Shown piece by piece: positions 8,909-18,752 of a stretch of DNA of 64,000 nucleotides (position 1 is its first letter; each line of letters opens with the position of its first letter). The position numbers and the translations under genes are program-made. A model generated the notes under the pieces. That model was not told the DNA's origin. It searched no databases and saw only the letters and a list, made by a program, of their open reading frames with translations. The DNA lies in the IMG/VR virus record IMGVR_UViG_3300047322_001237, positions 214,989 to 278,988 of that record, one strand, 5' to 3'.

Positions 8909-10111
8909 GTGAATGCAAGCACTCTGCTCGCCAGCGGCCTGCCGCCGGCGCTTGACTACGCCGCGTCCATGGACACATTGGCTGATGTGTCCGCCCGTGC
9001 CTCGGGTGTTCTAAATCAGATCCGCGATCGGATGCTGGAACCATATCCGCGCAAACGCCCGCCCACGTTCACGAGCGCACAGGTGGCCGGCCTGTGCGGA
9101 CTTGAAAAAATGCGTTTCCAGTATCTGACTACGAAAGGCGATCTCCCCACCGGCACGTCGATTAAAAATGGCAAGAGCAAAGTCTTTACGTTGGAAGAGA
9201 CACTACGGTATATCCGGGCTGTCGGCAATCGCCCGCCGCGACCAGAGAACGCTCCCGGCAAAGTTGTGACGGTGGCCAACTTCAAAGGCGGTGTGGCTAA
9301 GACTACGACGGCCGTCTCGCTCGCTCAGGGACTCACCTTACGCGGTCGTAAGGTTCTCGTTATCGACTGTGATCCCCAAGGCACCGCTACGCAGTTATGC
9401 GGCTTCTCGCCCGAAACGGAAATAGGCGAGGAGATGACGCTCATGCCTTTGATCTACGGCGATGAAACGAGACTGGACTACGCAGTCCAACAAACCTACT
9501 GGCAGGACCTAGACCTGGTCCCGGCGTCTTCCGGTCTCTTTAGCGCTGAGTTTCATATTCCGGGCAAGCTGGCCACCGACCACAAGTTCGAATTCTGGAA
9601 CATCTTGAATCAGGGCCTCGAAGGCCTCAAAGACAAATACGACGCCATCGTCATCGACACTCCGCCATCTCTAAGTTATCTGACGATCAATGCGTTGATG
9701 GCGGCGAACGGACTATTGATGCCCTGCCCGCCCGAGGGGCTCGACTTTGCCAGCTCCACTCAGTTCTGGTTCCTCTTCACCGAAATGTCGAGGCACGTTC
9801 CAGCAATGCGTGAGACGAAAGACTTCGATTTCGTCAATGTCGTGCTCACGAAATCGAAGAGTGACGACCTTTCCGGCGTTGTACGGGGCTGGCTGCAAAA
9901 GGCCTACGGAGATCGAGTCCTTCCGTATGAGATTCCCGACTCCGTCGTCCCGAAGAGCGCATCTGCTCAACTCTCTACCGTCTACGACCTTACCAAGCCC
10001 GAGGGCAGCGTGGCAGCCTACACCCGCTTCAAGGATCCGATGGATCAGTTGGTGAGGCACATCGACTCCCAGTTTGTACAGGCTTGGGCGTCTTCCATGT
10101 TGGAGGTCTAA
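8909..10111 (+). CDS. parA: type Ia plasmid partition ATPase
   Basis: N-terminal HTH extension, deviant Walker A KGGVAKTTT, DCDPQG and IDTPPSL. The start may be the ATG at 8969. Confidence 0.95.
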   Translation: MNASTLLASGLPPALDYAASMDTLADVSARASGVLNQIRDRMLEPYPRKRPPTFTSAQVAGLCGLEKMRFQYLTTKGDLPTGTSIKNGKSKVFTLEETLRYIRAVGNRPPRPENAPGKVVTVANFKGGVAKTTTAVSLAQGLTLRGRKVLVIDCDPQGTATQLCGFSPETEIGEEMTLMPLIYGDETRLDYAVQQTYWQDLDLVPASSGLFSAEFHIPGKLATDHKFEFWNILNQGLEGLKDKYDAIVIDTPPSLSYLTINALMAANGLLMPCPPEGLDFASSTQFWFLFTEMSRHVPAMRETKDFDFVNVVLTKSKSDDLSGVVRGWLQKAYGDRVLPYEIPDSVVPKSASAQLSTVYDLTKPEGSVAAYTRFKDPMDQLVRHIDSQFVQAWASSMLEV

Positions 10112-11106
10112 TGCGCGCCGCTCAAAGACTTAGTGAAAAGATTGGTGACATCGACATCCCAGAACCCGGTCAATCGCCGGCGGCCGGTGATCCGTTTCGT
10201 CCAAGGACGGCACCAGGTGGAGCGCTCGCCTTTCAGCATGCAATGCGCGAGAAGCAGGCCGAGCTCGACGCGATGTCCGCACAGCTGGCCGAACTGCAAG
10301 CTCAGAAGCAGACGAACTCGCCCAGCGGCGTCGAGATTCCCCTCGACCAACTGCATGAAGTCGCAGGTCGCAGACGCTACATGCCGCCGGAAAAGTACAA
10401 TGAATTGCGGGAAAACCTGCGGAACAACAAGCTGATTCAGCTGCCCGTCATTCTGCCACGTGCAGAAGGTGGCTTCGAAATACAGTCGGGACATCACCGG
10501 ATCGACGCTTATCGGGAACTCGGGCGTTCGACCATTCGCTGTGTTCTGGGTGACGCGACGGGCGATGAAGCTGACGACGGCGCGTTCTGGGCCAATCTGA
10601 TGCAGTCGGACCTGACTGACTATGAGAAGTACGTTGGACTGACGCGCGTACATTCGAAACATCCGGAATTGGGCCAAGTCGAGCTAGGCGAGCTCGTCGG
10701 CATTAGCACTTCCCACCTCAACGCCCTGCTCTCTTTCGGTCGTTTGCCTGAGCAGGCCCGCGCGATTCTCGATACCAATAAGGCGATCATGGGCGCGAAC
10801 GCGGCCGCGGCTTTTGCGGCTATCGCGGAGGCCGGCAAGGCGGAGCGGGTTGTGGAAGCGGTACGACGTCTCTCCGAGCGGGAGCTAGATCAGGCGCAGG
10901 CGGTGAAGTTTGCAAAAGCCGTTGAGACGCCCAAGGCAACGAAGCCGGCTGCTGAGTCGTACAAGGTGAAGACCGGAAAGAGTACGTGGTGCGATGTGCG
11001 CAAGACGAAAAACATCATGCGCATCGAGTTCCAGTCCGAAGAGGTGGCCAATGCCGTCCAAGAAGCCATCAAGCAAACCCTCGAGGCGCTCGCCGCAAAG
11101 TCCTAA
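10111..11106 (+). CDS. parB: ParB/Spo0J partition protein
   Basis: GHHR (GxxR CTPase motif) and a central HTH. TAATG overlap with the parA stop. Confidence 0.92.
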   Translation: MRAAQRLSEKIGDIDIPEPGQSPAAGDPFRPRTAPGGALAFQHAMREKQAELDAMSAQLAELQAQKQTNSPSGVEIPLDQLHEVAGRRRYMPPEKYNELRENLRNNKLIQLPVILPRAEGGFEIQSGHHRIDAYRELGRSTIRCVLGDATGDEADDGAFWANLMQSDLTDYEKYVGLTRVHSKHPELGQVELGELVGISTSHLNALLSFGRLPEQARAILDTNKAIMGANAAAAFAAIAEAGKAERVVEAVRRLSERELDQAQAVKFAKAVETPKATKPAAESYKVKTGKSTWCDVRKTKNIMRIEFQSEEVANAVQEAIKQTLEALAAKS

Positions 11107-11180
11107 ACGCTAAGTGCTTGATTCTTTTGATTTCCTTAGTACGGAAAAAGGAGACGGCAGTGAAATAGCTGCTAGAAACA

Positions 11181-11298
11181 CGAAGGCCCCCAGCTGGAAA
11201 CTGAGGGCCTTCGCATAAGTGGGCTTGGCTGGAAACCGTCGCTCACTACACTCCCAAGCTGGAAACTTGGAAGGGTACTTCGTCAACCCCGAGTGTAG
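11181..11298 (+). ncRNA. putative structured repA leader / copy-number control RNA
   Basis: Three contiguous hairpins (11181-11213, 11218-11247, 11247-11277), each with a CTGGAAA loop. Alternative pairing of CTACACTC (11246-11253) with GAGTGTAG (11291-11298). Confidence 0.55.
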
Positions 11299-11357
11299 CG
11301 AATAGCGATCGACAGTCAAGCAAATTCAATCCATTTTTGAGAAATGGACCGCTCGAC

Positions 11358-12446
11358 ATGTCTATCGCGCAACAGCTCGTTGCTGGCGAGGGTGAAACAC
11401 ACCCCGACGATTCAGCAGCCCTCACCGCTTTCCGGTGTGACTCGACAAACCTGCCTTGGGTCATCTTCCGGGCTGCGTTCCGTGCAGCACACATTGAGGA
11501 GATCCCTCCTCGCGCACGTGCGGTTCTTTCCGCCCTCGCCCGCACCGTCGACGCCGCCAAGCCGTTCGCCGCGATCTTCGCTCGTCGTGAACTGCTCACA
11601 GGACGCGCACTGCAATCCATGCGCACCTTCTACCGCAGCCTCGATGACTTGGAGTCCGCCGGTCTAATCGATCGCCGCGCTCAATCCCGCTACGTTGAAG
11701 CCGGTCTCTTCGGTCGTGCCTACATCCACCTCACCGCGCGAGCAGCCGAGCTTCTAGGGCTCGTTGAGTCGATGCAACCGCCCTCACCTGAGCCCGTCGA
11801 ATCTTCGCTTCCGCATCCGTCTGCCAACTTGGCAGACGGTGGAATATATAAGGATCTAAGCCCTTCTGTTTTTCAAAAGAGACAACCGGGGCAAGTGCCT
11901 GAGGATCTCCAGCGTCTGCGGTCCCTGGGTTTTTTTGATTTCTTGATTTTCAAACTCATGCGGGAAGCGCGTGAGCATGGCAAACGTCTCTCGGATGTCG
12001 TGGAAGCAACATGGGACCACCTGAAGCTCGCCAAAGCCCCAATCAACTACCTGCGGAGTCTGCTGCGGGGAACGGTTGATTTCGCTCACCAACTGCGCGC
12101 CAGGATTAACGTCAAAGCCGAGGAGCAGGCTCGGGTGAAGCGCACCTTGGAAGCCGATCAGGTAGCCCGTCAAAGCGCCGGCAAAACGTTCCTAGACGCC
12201 TCGGGGGCACGCAAGTACGTGATCGATGCCGACGGCGAGAACATGGTCGTCTACAACCGTGACGAAGGCATTGGTCGACAAGCCGCGGGTTGGAAAGAAG
12301 GTTTTGCTGCAGCGCTCGCTCGAGGTCAGATCCGTGCGGCGAGCAGCTACGTGCAGCCGGAGCAGGGCAGGGAACGTCCGCCAGTTACAGCACAGGTTCG
12401 GGAACACATCGCGGGACTGCGCAGCCTGCTGGGAGCTCGTCGCTAG
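11358..12446 (+). CDS. repA: plasmid replication initiator (Burkholderiaceae RepA-type, winged HTH)
   Basis: Directly downstream of parAB. HTH-like segment RTFYRSLDDLESAGLIDRR. Internal AT-rich patches near 11841-11960. Confidence 0.8.
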   Translation: MSIAQQLVAGEGETHPDDSAALTAFRCDSTNLPWVIFRAAFRAAHIEEIPPRARAVLSALARTVDAAKPFAAIFARRELLTGRALQSMRTFYRSLDDLESAGLIDRRAQSRYVEAGLFGRAYIHLTARAAELLGLVESMQPPSPEPVESSLPHPSANLADGGIYKDLSPSVFQKRQPGQVPEDLQRLRSLGFFDFLIFKLMREAREHGKRLSDVVEATWDHLKLAKAPINYLRSLLRGTVDFAHQLRARINVKAEEQARVKRTLEADQVARQSAGKTFLDASGARKYVIDADGENMVVYNRDEGIGRQAAGWKEGFAAALARGQIRAASSYVQPEQGRERPPVTAQVREHIAGLRSLLGARR

Positions 12447-12469
12447 TCAGGACTGCTTAGTTTTTGAGC

Positions 12470-12499
12470 AAAAAAAAAAGACGGGTCCGAAGACCCGTC
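12470..12499 (-). terminator. intrinsic terminator with C(UUCG)G loop
   Basis: Minus strand reads GACGGGTC-TTCG-GACCCGTC followed by about ten Ts; it ends the lipoprotein transcript. Confidence 0.9.
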
Positions 12500-12504
12500 A
12501 AAAG

Positions 12505-13263
12505 TCAGTTGGCGAGCTGCCAGCCGTTATCCGTCAACAGCATGTAATACGTTGCCGTGTAACTGTAGCGCACGTCGTCGCTGTATTGACTCGGTTTAAG
12601 GTCAGTTGCCAGCATTGTACTAACCAGATTCGGACTGACATTCGGACATTCGGCGACAATATTTCGAGAAAACACGGATCGGATATTCTGTGCTTCTACC
12701 ACTTTGTCGTGATACGCCGTTGTCGTATCCCATGCCTTCAGCGCAGCGGCCTCAACGTCAGGATGCTGCTTGAGGTACATGTCCGAGTAGACATTGAGGG
12801 GATAGCTCACGGCGGCAGCGAGTCGGTCGTCACCTGGCTGCGACTCGCGAATCTGCGTGTTATAGGCGGCCTGCTGATCCTCAGAGAGGGACGCCCGAAG
12901 CGCATCGACCCCATCTGACACGTCTTTTGCGTATTTCTGCAGCGACGCATCCGCCTCGTCCCGTGCCTCTTTATGCGATTTAAGATACTCATCCAAGTCG
13001 GTCAAGTATCGGACGTTGGCACGTGCGGGTTTCATCACCACTTCGGCAGCCATCTGCATTTCGTAATGTCTGTCGTCGACCTTCACGCCATTGACCTTGT
13101 CGAACTTGGTTATCTTGAAGAGATCACAGTCGGCTATATGGAGATTCTGCTCGACGCCCTTGCGTACATCCGACTCGGACGGGGACTGAGAACAAGCAGC
13201 CAAGGTGGCAACCACTGAGGCGCACAGAGCCAGCCGGCCCACGCCGGTGCGCTGAATAAACAT
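12505..13263 (-). CDS. predicted lipoprotein
   Basis: Signal peptide with LAAC lipobox (MFIQRTGVGRLALCASVVATLAAC). Start set at ATG 13263. Confidence 0.8.
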   Translation of the reverse strand: MFIQRTGVGRLALCASVVATLAACSQSPSESDVRKGVEQNLHIADCDLFKITKFDKVNGVKVDDRHYEMQMAAEVVMKPARANVRYLTDLDEYLKSHKEARDEADASLQKYAKDVSDGVDALRASLSEDQQAAYNTQIRESQPGDDRLAAAVSYPLNVYSDMYLKQHPDVEAAALKAWDTTTAYHDKVVEAQNIRSVFSRNIVAECPNVSPNLVSTMLATDLKPSQYSDDVRYSYTATYYMLLTDNGWQLAN

Positions 13264-13355
13264 GATTCTTTTCCTTTCTAATTGAAAACGTTTGCCCAGA
13301 CGGGCAGGGGAGACGGGAGTCGGAAGCCGCCGCATCTTAGACGAATATCGGCAGC

Positions 13356-13363
13356 GTGATATA
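13356..13363 (-). promoter_or_regulatory. putative phage early promoter motif TATATCAC
   Basis: About 93 bp upstream of the lipoprotein start; same motif as upstream of the core early-type genes. Confidence 0.45.
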
Positions 13364-13380
13364 ACTCTTTAGGAAAAAGA

Positions 13381-13421
13381 CAAAAGAAAAACGGCCTGGG
13401 AAAACCCAGGCCGCTATGCCC
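13381..13421. terminator. hairpin CGGCCTGGG-AAAA-CCCAGGCCG with A-run on the left and CTATGCCC on the right
   Basis: Perfect 9-bp stem. The minus strand gives a T-rich tail after the 13438-13968 gene. Confidence 0.75.
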
Positions 13422-13437
13422 TCAAGAGGGAAGGGGA

Positions 13438-13968
13438 TCAGTCGAAGCTATAACGCACGACTTCCTTGAGCGGGAGAATGCCGATCATCTTGCCGGACCC
13501 GCAACCCGCTACCTCGCGAAAGAGGCGCACGTAGTTGGTGTCGATGTCCTCTTCCTCGCACCATGCGAAAAAGGAGATTGGATCGATCAGGCCAACGTTG
13601 CGCTCAGACGTCCGCCATTCGCTCAGATCGCGACGGACACGATGAGCGAGCGTACTGCCGATCGAGATCTTGCGACCGTCGAACGTGGTGAGTTCATCCA
13701 TAGCGTCCAGACTGCCTTCCACAGGAAGCACGCCATTGATCAAGCAGCAAGCCATGAGGCCCGACCAGACTTTTAGCTTTAAGTAGCGAGCGACCAACAG
13801 AATTTGATCGGCTGCAGATTGCACGTTATCAATACGCGCAACTGAAACGGACGGAACGAGTACGACACCTTTTGCGTCCGTCGTTTTTTCTGCAAGGTAT
13901 TCGCGAAGTTCGACGAACGCCCGTTGGTTTGCGGCGAGGCTGTCCTCGCCAAATGAAGAATGGCCCAT
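13438..13968 (-). CDS. hypothetical protein
   Basis: 176-aa ORF, co-oriented with 13981-14301. Confidence 0.6.
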   Translation of the reverse strand: MGHSSFGEDSLAANQRAFVELREYLAEKTTDAKGVVLVPSVSVARIDNVQSAADQILLVARYLKLKVWSGLMACCLINGVLPVEGSLDAMDELTTFDGRKISIGSTLAHRVRRDLSEWRTSERNVGLIDPISFFAWCEEEDIDTNYVRLFREVAGCGSGKMIGILPLKEVVRYSFD

Positions 13969-13980
13969 GGTATCTGTACC

Positions 13981-14301
13981 TTATTTGATCTCATCGCCCA
14001 TGCAGGCAACGAGCGATGGATGGATGAATGCGAGCTGTGTCGTGGTGAAAAGAATGTCGCGTTGGTCGTGTTTGCCGCTTTGCGTGGCCGTTGAGATCAA
14101 AGACTCCGAAAGGTCCTCCACGAGCACGAGATCCTTTTCAGACCAGACAAGCTTGTAGACTTCTGTTTGTTCCTTGATGTAATTGGTGAGTACCGACAGA
14201 TACTCGGCCGCAGCTTTGATCTCAGCCGCGCAGGTCGGCGGATCCAGAAGCAGCATATTCAACACGGTGCGCTGTGTAGCGCTGAACCGCTTTTCACGCA
14301 T
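13981..14301 (-). CDS. hypothetical protein
   Basis: 106-aa ORF with GAGAG upstream. Confidence 0.55.
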   Translation of the reverse strand: MREKRFSATQRTVLNMLLLDPPTCAAEIKAAAEYLSVLTNYIKEQTEVYKLVWSEKDLVLVEDLSESLISTATQSGKHDQRDILFTTTQLAFIHPSLVACMGDEIK

Positions 14302-14405
14302 GATTTTACTCTCTCAGGTTGAGCCGTTCTCGGGATGCTACTAATGGTCGATGCCACCGACCCCTCAAGCAAGCGGGACTTCAATACTCCGCGTTGCTCA
14401 AGGGC

Positions 14406-14413
14406 GTGATATA
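14406..14413 (-). promoter_or_regulatory. putative phage early promoter motif TATATCAC
   Basis: About 105 bp upstream of the 14301 start. Confidence 0.45.
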
Positions 14414-14437
14414 AGGCTGAAACTTTTTAGGATCGGC

Positions 14438-14485
14438 AAAAAAAAAAACTAAACGGCATAACTGCCAGAGGTTTCCCCCTGGCAG
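14438..14485 (-). terminator. GAAA-loop hairpin + TTATGCCG + T-run
   Basis: Minus strand: CTGCCAGGGG-GAAA-CCTCTGGCAG, then TTATGCCG and TTTAG followed by a long T-run. Confidence 0.85.
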
Positions 14486-14499
14486 CGACAACCACGGCG

Positions 14500-14940
14500 C
14501 TACGCCGCTTTCTGCACCAGCTCCGGCGCGCGGTGGGTACCGCGGTTCGGCAGCTTTTCTTCGACCAGGAACGTCTGGATGTCCTGGCATGCTTGATACA
14601 GTTCCGACAACTCGTACTCGTATCCGGTCAGGAATTCGAGTCCGTCTTCGAGGCACTGGTGGTGCTTGAAGAGGTCGGTCGTTTGCTCATAGTCCGTCAA
14701 AAAGACACTGAACACATTGCGATCCGTCTCGCAGATCCAGGCATTGCGGCAGCCGAAATGACGGCCTCCCGGATGCTTCTCGACGAACATCTTTAAACGC
14801 GTGACGCGCATGGTCCGCTCAGTGTGCTGAGTGATATGCGTGTTGCCACGGGGGGACCCCTGATGTTGGAACATCAGATACAGCATTTCAACGATAGCGG
14901 TCCCGACGGGGGTGATGCGATTAACGACAACGCGATTCAT
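14500..14940 (-). CDS. hypothetical protein
   Basis: ORF downstream of the helicase; GAGGA RBS spacing favours the ATG at 14940. Confidence 0.55.
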   Translation of the reverse strand: MNRVVVNRITPVGTAIVEMLYLMFQHQGSPRGNTHITQHTERTMRVTRLKMFVEKHPGGRHFGCRNAWICETDRNVFSVFLTDYEQTTDLFKHHQCLEDGLEFLTGYEYELSELYQACQDIQTFLVEEKLPNRGTHRAPELVQKAA

Positions 14941-15113
14941 GCTTGACATTCCTCGTTATAATTTTGTTGTTTAGCTGCTGTTCAAGTGAAACTCGTAAGA
15001 AAAGCTACTATCGATCGAGTGCGAGCGACCCGACCCCGTATGGCCTTTATTGTTTTTTTGGTTGTTGCCGGTTTTTGATTCGTTTGCTACCTATCCTTGA
15101 TTAACCTCCTCGC

Positions 15114-16643
15114 TTACATTGCATTGGGGATAACGACTGACGAGTACGCCAGTGCGCGAGTTCTAAGCAATTCCTGATTCTTTTGCTGATACGCCATGTG
15201 CTTCTCGACGTCGGCGCAGTAAAAGGAAATGCATTCAGGCGTCTTTCCCGTCTTCAGCTTTCGAGTCCGGCCAAACATCTGCAGGATCTGCTGCTGACTG
15301 GAGATCGCCACGGACATGATGTTCGTGGTGAGGTTCGGGATGTCGACCGCGGTGCCTGCCGAGATCGGTGTCGTGACGCGGATGTCCGCTTCGATACAGT
15401 TCTCGAACGGGTCCTCTTCCACGTAACGACGCACGTCCAGGTTCGGATACTGCTTCTGCAGGAACTCCGTCACGAGCGTGCAGAATTCGATCGACGCGCA
15501 GAAAATGATCGCCTTCTCAGTCGGCTGATACGTCCTCAGGTACTTCGCCTTAAGCACCTGGTCAATCAGGTTGAGGTAGTTCTTCAGGACAGGCGGGTTC
15601 TTCATCAGGTACTTCTCGAACACATGGTTCGAGTAGTTACCTTGCATGTCCTTGGTGCGGATGGCGTCAGGCCGCGCAATGCGGTAGAACAGGGCGGTCG
15701 CATTGGTGTAGCGGTCGTATGCCGGACCCTTATGGCGGTCAGGGGACGGATACGCGATCTCATACATCCGCTGGATGAACGCATCTTCCTTGTCGAGCGT
15801 TGCGGACAACGACAGCGACTTATGGCAGTGCGTGTAGAGATCCACCAGGAAGTTCAGGTGAAAATCCTGGTGCACTTCGTCGATGAGGCGGAACCCCGAT
15901 CGCAGCGTTTGCATCAACTCCGATGGACGACATGCATAGCCCATCTCAAGCGTCTGGTCGCCGTACTCCTTGTAGAGTTTGAACCAGTTCTGGATCGTCT
16001 TGTTACTGATCAGGACGATCTTGCTCGTAAGCCGACCTTCGAGCGCCATCTCCAGAAGCGCCATCAGATGATCGCTTCCGCGGATGATCATCAGGTCTTC
16101 AATCGCGATGTCGAACACTTCGCGGATTTCGTCACGCCACTTCTCCAGATACATCGGCTTCACGATGATCACCGGAGCAAGGCGCGTCTTCGCCACAGCA
16201 AAGAGCGACGTTACGCCTTTACCTTTACCCGTCTGAAACTCGATCAGCTTCGAGACCGAACCGTCCTCCTTGAGGACGTAGTCGACGCCTTCATCCTGAT
16301 AGTCGTGCAGGTTCCAGCTGTCGAAGATCTTGAAGTCAACTTCTCGAACCGGCGGCAACTCGACCTGCTCGATGTCGACGAGCGAATCCTTCAGGTTGTG
16401 AAACGCGAGGTATTCCTTGAATTTCTTCAGGACGTTGATGTGATAGCGATACTCACCAGTGTCAGCACAATGCGTCGCATAGACCGGAGGCTTCGGAGGC
16501 GGCTTTGTCGAATAAGGACTCGGCTTGGCGCGAAGGGGCTGCACGAACTGCTTGGTGAATCCGAGCACCGCGGGCATGGCGCGCGGCGTCACCTTGCTGA
16601 CGACGAAGTGATGCGAATGAAGACGAATCAGAAGTTCAGCCAT
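15114..16643 (-). CDS. SF2 (UvsW-like) helicase, phiKZ gp75-like
   Basis: Walker A QTGKGKG, DEVH box, SAT motif III and QMFGRTRK motif VI. Follows the beta' gene as in phiKZ. Confidence 0.9.
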   Translation of the reverse strand: MAELLIRLHSHHFVVSKVTPRAMPAVLGFTKQFVQPLRAKPSPYSTKPPPKPPVYATHCADTGEYRYHINVLKKFKEYLAFHNLKDSLVDIEQVELPPVREVDFKIFDSWNLHDYQDEGVDYVLKEDGSVSKLIEFQTGKGKGVTSLFAVAKTRLAPVIIVKPMYLEKWRDEIREVFDIAIEDLMIIRGSDHLMALLEMALEGRLTSKIVLISNKTIQNWFKLYKEYGDQTLEMGYACRPSELMQTLRSGFRLIDEVHQDFHLNFLVDLYTHCHKSLSLSATLDKEDAFIQRMYEIAYPSPDRHKGPAYDRYTNATALFYRIARPDAIRTKDMQGNYSNHVFEKYLMKNPPVLKNYLNLIDQVLKAKYLRTYQPTEKAIIFCASIEFCTLVTEFLQKQYPNLDVRRYVEEDPFENCIEADIRVTTPISAGTAVDIPNLTTNIMSVAISSQQQILQMFGRTRKLKTGKTPECISFYCADVEKHMAYQQKNQELLRTRALAYSSVVIPNAM

Positions 16644-16709
16644 AATGAACCTGCATAGAACGGAGGAAGGGGATTGCGCGGACGGTTGCAATCCCCCGCA
16701 CTACGATGC

Positions 16710-18701
16710 TTATGCGCCGTTACGTTCCAGATGCTCGAAGACCTCGCGCGGACAGAGCGCGACGTCAAACGGGTGATCCATCCGGTTGGTACTGATGAAG
16801 CTGATCGGGTCGGTGATGGCTTCGCGGTGATCCTCGAAAGCCATCGTCGCGGAAAGCGAACGCGACAACATCGAAAGCGACATCACACCGAGACCTTCAT
16901 CGGTCCAAGGCTTCGGCAAGCTGTAGTCGCCGTCCTCCGCCGAAACAATCATCGCTTCGTAGAGAACGACATCAAGCACTGTGAGGTTCACGTCAAGCTT
17001 GCTGTTGACCAGGTCGTACAGTTCGATCAGGGCGTCATCCGGCCTGACGTTCTTGTCCCGGTCTTGCATCATCTTGACGCTCGACTCCAACATCTTCGCG
17101 ATGTCACGCGAATGGTCCGACATGTTGAAGTGCTTGAGGGGAAGCGCCAGAATCGGCAGCGACCAGTCCCAATCCCTCATATCGATGACGTAATTCCCGG
17201 TTTCCGTATCGAGATCCCAGCCGACGCGCCGAATGTGATGCAAGAGCGAATGCGTCATCGAAGCTTTCCGACCGCTCACCGCCGTCAGGATGTCGACGCC
17301 TTCCGCCTTCCCGTATTCGCCGACCAACAGCCCCACGTACTCGAGCTCCGAGAAGCGCGCGATGTTGAGATTGTCGGGATCGTCGATCTCGTTCACGTCG
17401 TTCAAATTCGGTGCAGACTCCGCCGCGATCACCAGCTTCACCGGCAAGTCCTTCAACCGATCCGCCATGAGATACGAGTTGTCGTCCGACCCCACCTTCA
17501 GGTACAGCTTGTCCGCATCCCGCAAGACGATGGCCTCGATCGATGCCGAGCTGTCCAAGTGCTTAACCGACAGCACGGACTGCGACGACTTCTCGGTCAG
17601 CAACATGCAACACATGTGACCGATGTTCGTGAAATCCGGCACCGAGTTGGCGAGTTCGCCGAAGCACGTCGAGCACACGCCGACAGGATCGGGATGTGCG
17701 CATCGCATGACCGAGCGAACCCGAACCGTCTTACCGACCAGATGCTCGTCCCCCTTGCGGAGGATCTTGAGCTTGTTCTCCTTTTCGTCCAGATAGAACT
17801 TGCCGGCGAGACGCCCCAGGTCCTTCTTGCGCATCGGCCACTTCACGTACTTGGTCGTACCGCAATCCCCCTTATGCAGGTTCTGCACGTTCATGGACAT
17901 GAGCTGCAGACGACGCGAGAAGTACTCGGCCTGCTGCAACGGCGCCTTCGAGAAGATCAGCGATTTCGCGGCCGAACGGGATTCGACCAGCGAGTCGCGG
18001 AAGTTCCGATAGCCTTCGGTATAGCTGCGCAGAATCGGCAGCTCGAAGACGTTCGAGTCGATCTCGGTGACGCGACCGCGAGCGGACACGCACTGGAGCA
18101 ACTGATCGAACTTCACCGTACCCGCACGCGCGGCAAGCGCGAGCGGATTCTTCTTCAGATCGACGCCGCCCTTGATCACTGCGCCGACGGCCTGATAGCT
18201 GTCCTCGAGCATCTTGTCCGTGACCTTCTCCAAGGGCACCGAGAACAACGGCTTCTTCGCCTCAATGATCTTCGGATGGTCGAGCATCTCGATGAAGTCA
18301 GTGATGTCGAGCGACACCACGTATTCTTCGAGTCGGTACGAGAGCTCGTTGTACATCTCGTTCGTGATCTCGTACGTGCGCTTGGCCAGTCGGTCGAGCG
18401 TGACTGCCGGATCGCCGTGATAGGCGTCAAACGTATCCCACACCACGCTGGCGAGCAGATCCAGGTGCGTGTTGGAGCCGAGGCGCTTGTCACCCAGCAC
18501 CGAGAGAACGTGATGCTTCTTCAACACCGGCGTCTGGGGAAACTCGCGGTGGAACTGCCAAACGTATGAGCTGTAGATGGTCGAGCGGAAGTCGACCTCC
18601 ATTTCCCCGTCGTCGAACACACAGATGAACGACCCCCAGAGCGAATTCCACAGATCCTCTGTGCTCATTCCGATGAGAGTGCGCGCGCTGATGCGTCTCA
18701 T
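16710..18701 (-). CDS. non-virion RNA polymerase beta' C-terminal subunit (phiKZ gp74-like)
   Basis: Bridge-helix-like AEYFSRRLQL, DCGT, Zn-binding C..CSTCFG and NIGH; position next to the beta subunit. Confidence 0.88.
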   Translation of the reverse strand: MRRISARTLIGMSTEDLWNSLWGSFICVFDDGEMEVDFRSTIYSSYVWQFHREFPQTPVLKKHHVLSVLGDKRLGSNTHLDLLASVVWDTFDAYHGDPAVTLDRLAKRTYEITNEMYNELSYRLEEYVVSLDITDFIEMLDHPKIIEAKKPLFSVPLEKVTDKMLEDSYQAVGAVIKGGVDLKKNPLALAARAGTVKFDQLLQCVSARGRVTEIDSNVFELPILRSYTEGYRNFRDSLVESRSAAKSLIFSKAPLQQAEYFSRRLQLMSMNVQNLHKGDCGTTKYVKWPMRKKDLGRLAGKFYLDEKENKLKILRKGDEHLVGKTVRVRSVMRCAHPDPVGVCSTCFGELANSVPDFTNIGHMCCMLLTEKSSQSVLSVKHLDSSASIEAIVLRDADKLYLKVGSDDNSYLMADRLKDLPVKLVIAAESAPNLNDVNEIDDPDNLNIARFSELEYVGLLVGEYGKAEGVDILTAVSGRKASMTHSLLHHIRRVGWDLDTETGNYVIDMRDWDWSLPILALPLKHFNMSDHSRDIAKMLESSVKMMQDRDKNVRPDDALIELYDLVNSKLDVNLTVLDVVLYEAMIVSAEDGDYSLPKPWTDEGLGVMSLSMLSRSLSATMAFEDHREAITDPISFISTNRMDHPFDVALCPREVFEHLERNGA

Positions 18702-18752
18702 TTGTTTTCCTTGTTAAGCGGCCCGGCCGATGAGCTGGCCGGGCGGTCGTCT

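Larger units (their letters stand above)
4174..12446. mobile_element. plasmid maintenance/cargo module (hns, ligase, imuA, parA-parB-repA)
   Basis: Block of plasmid-type genes between two phage-core operons. Confidence 0.85.

Noticed and set aside
11171-11266. GCTGGAAAC repeats read as CRISPR or iterons
   Set aside because: Only 9 bp long, irregularly spaced (22, 35, 30 bp), no cas genes, and each copy sits in a hairpin loop.
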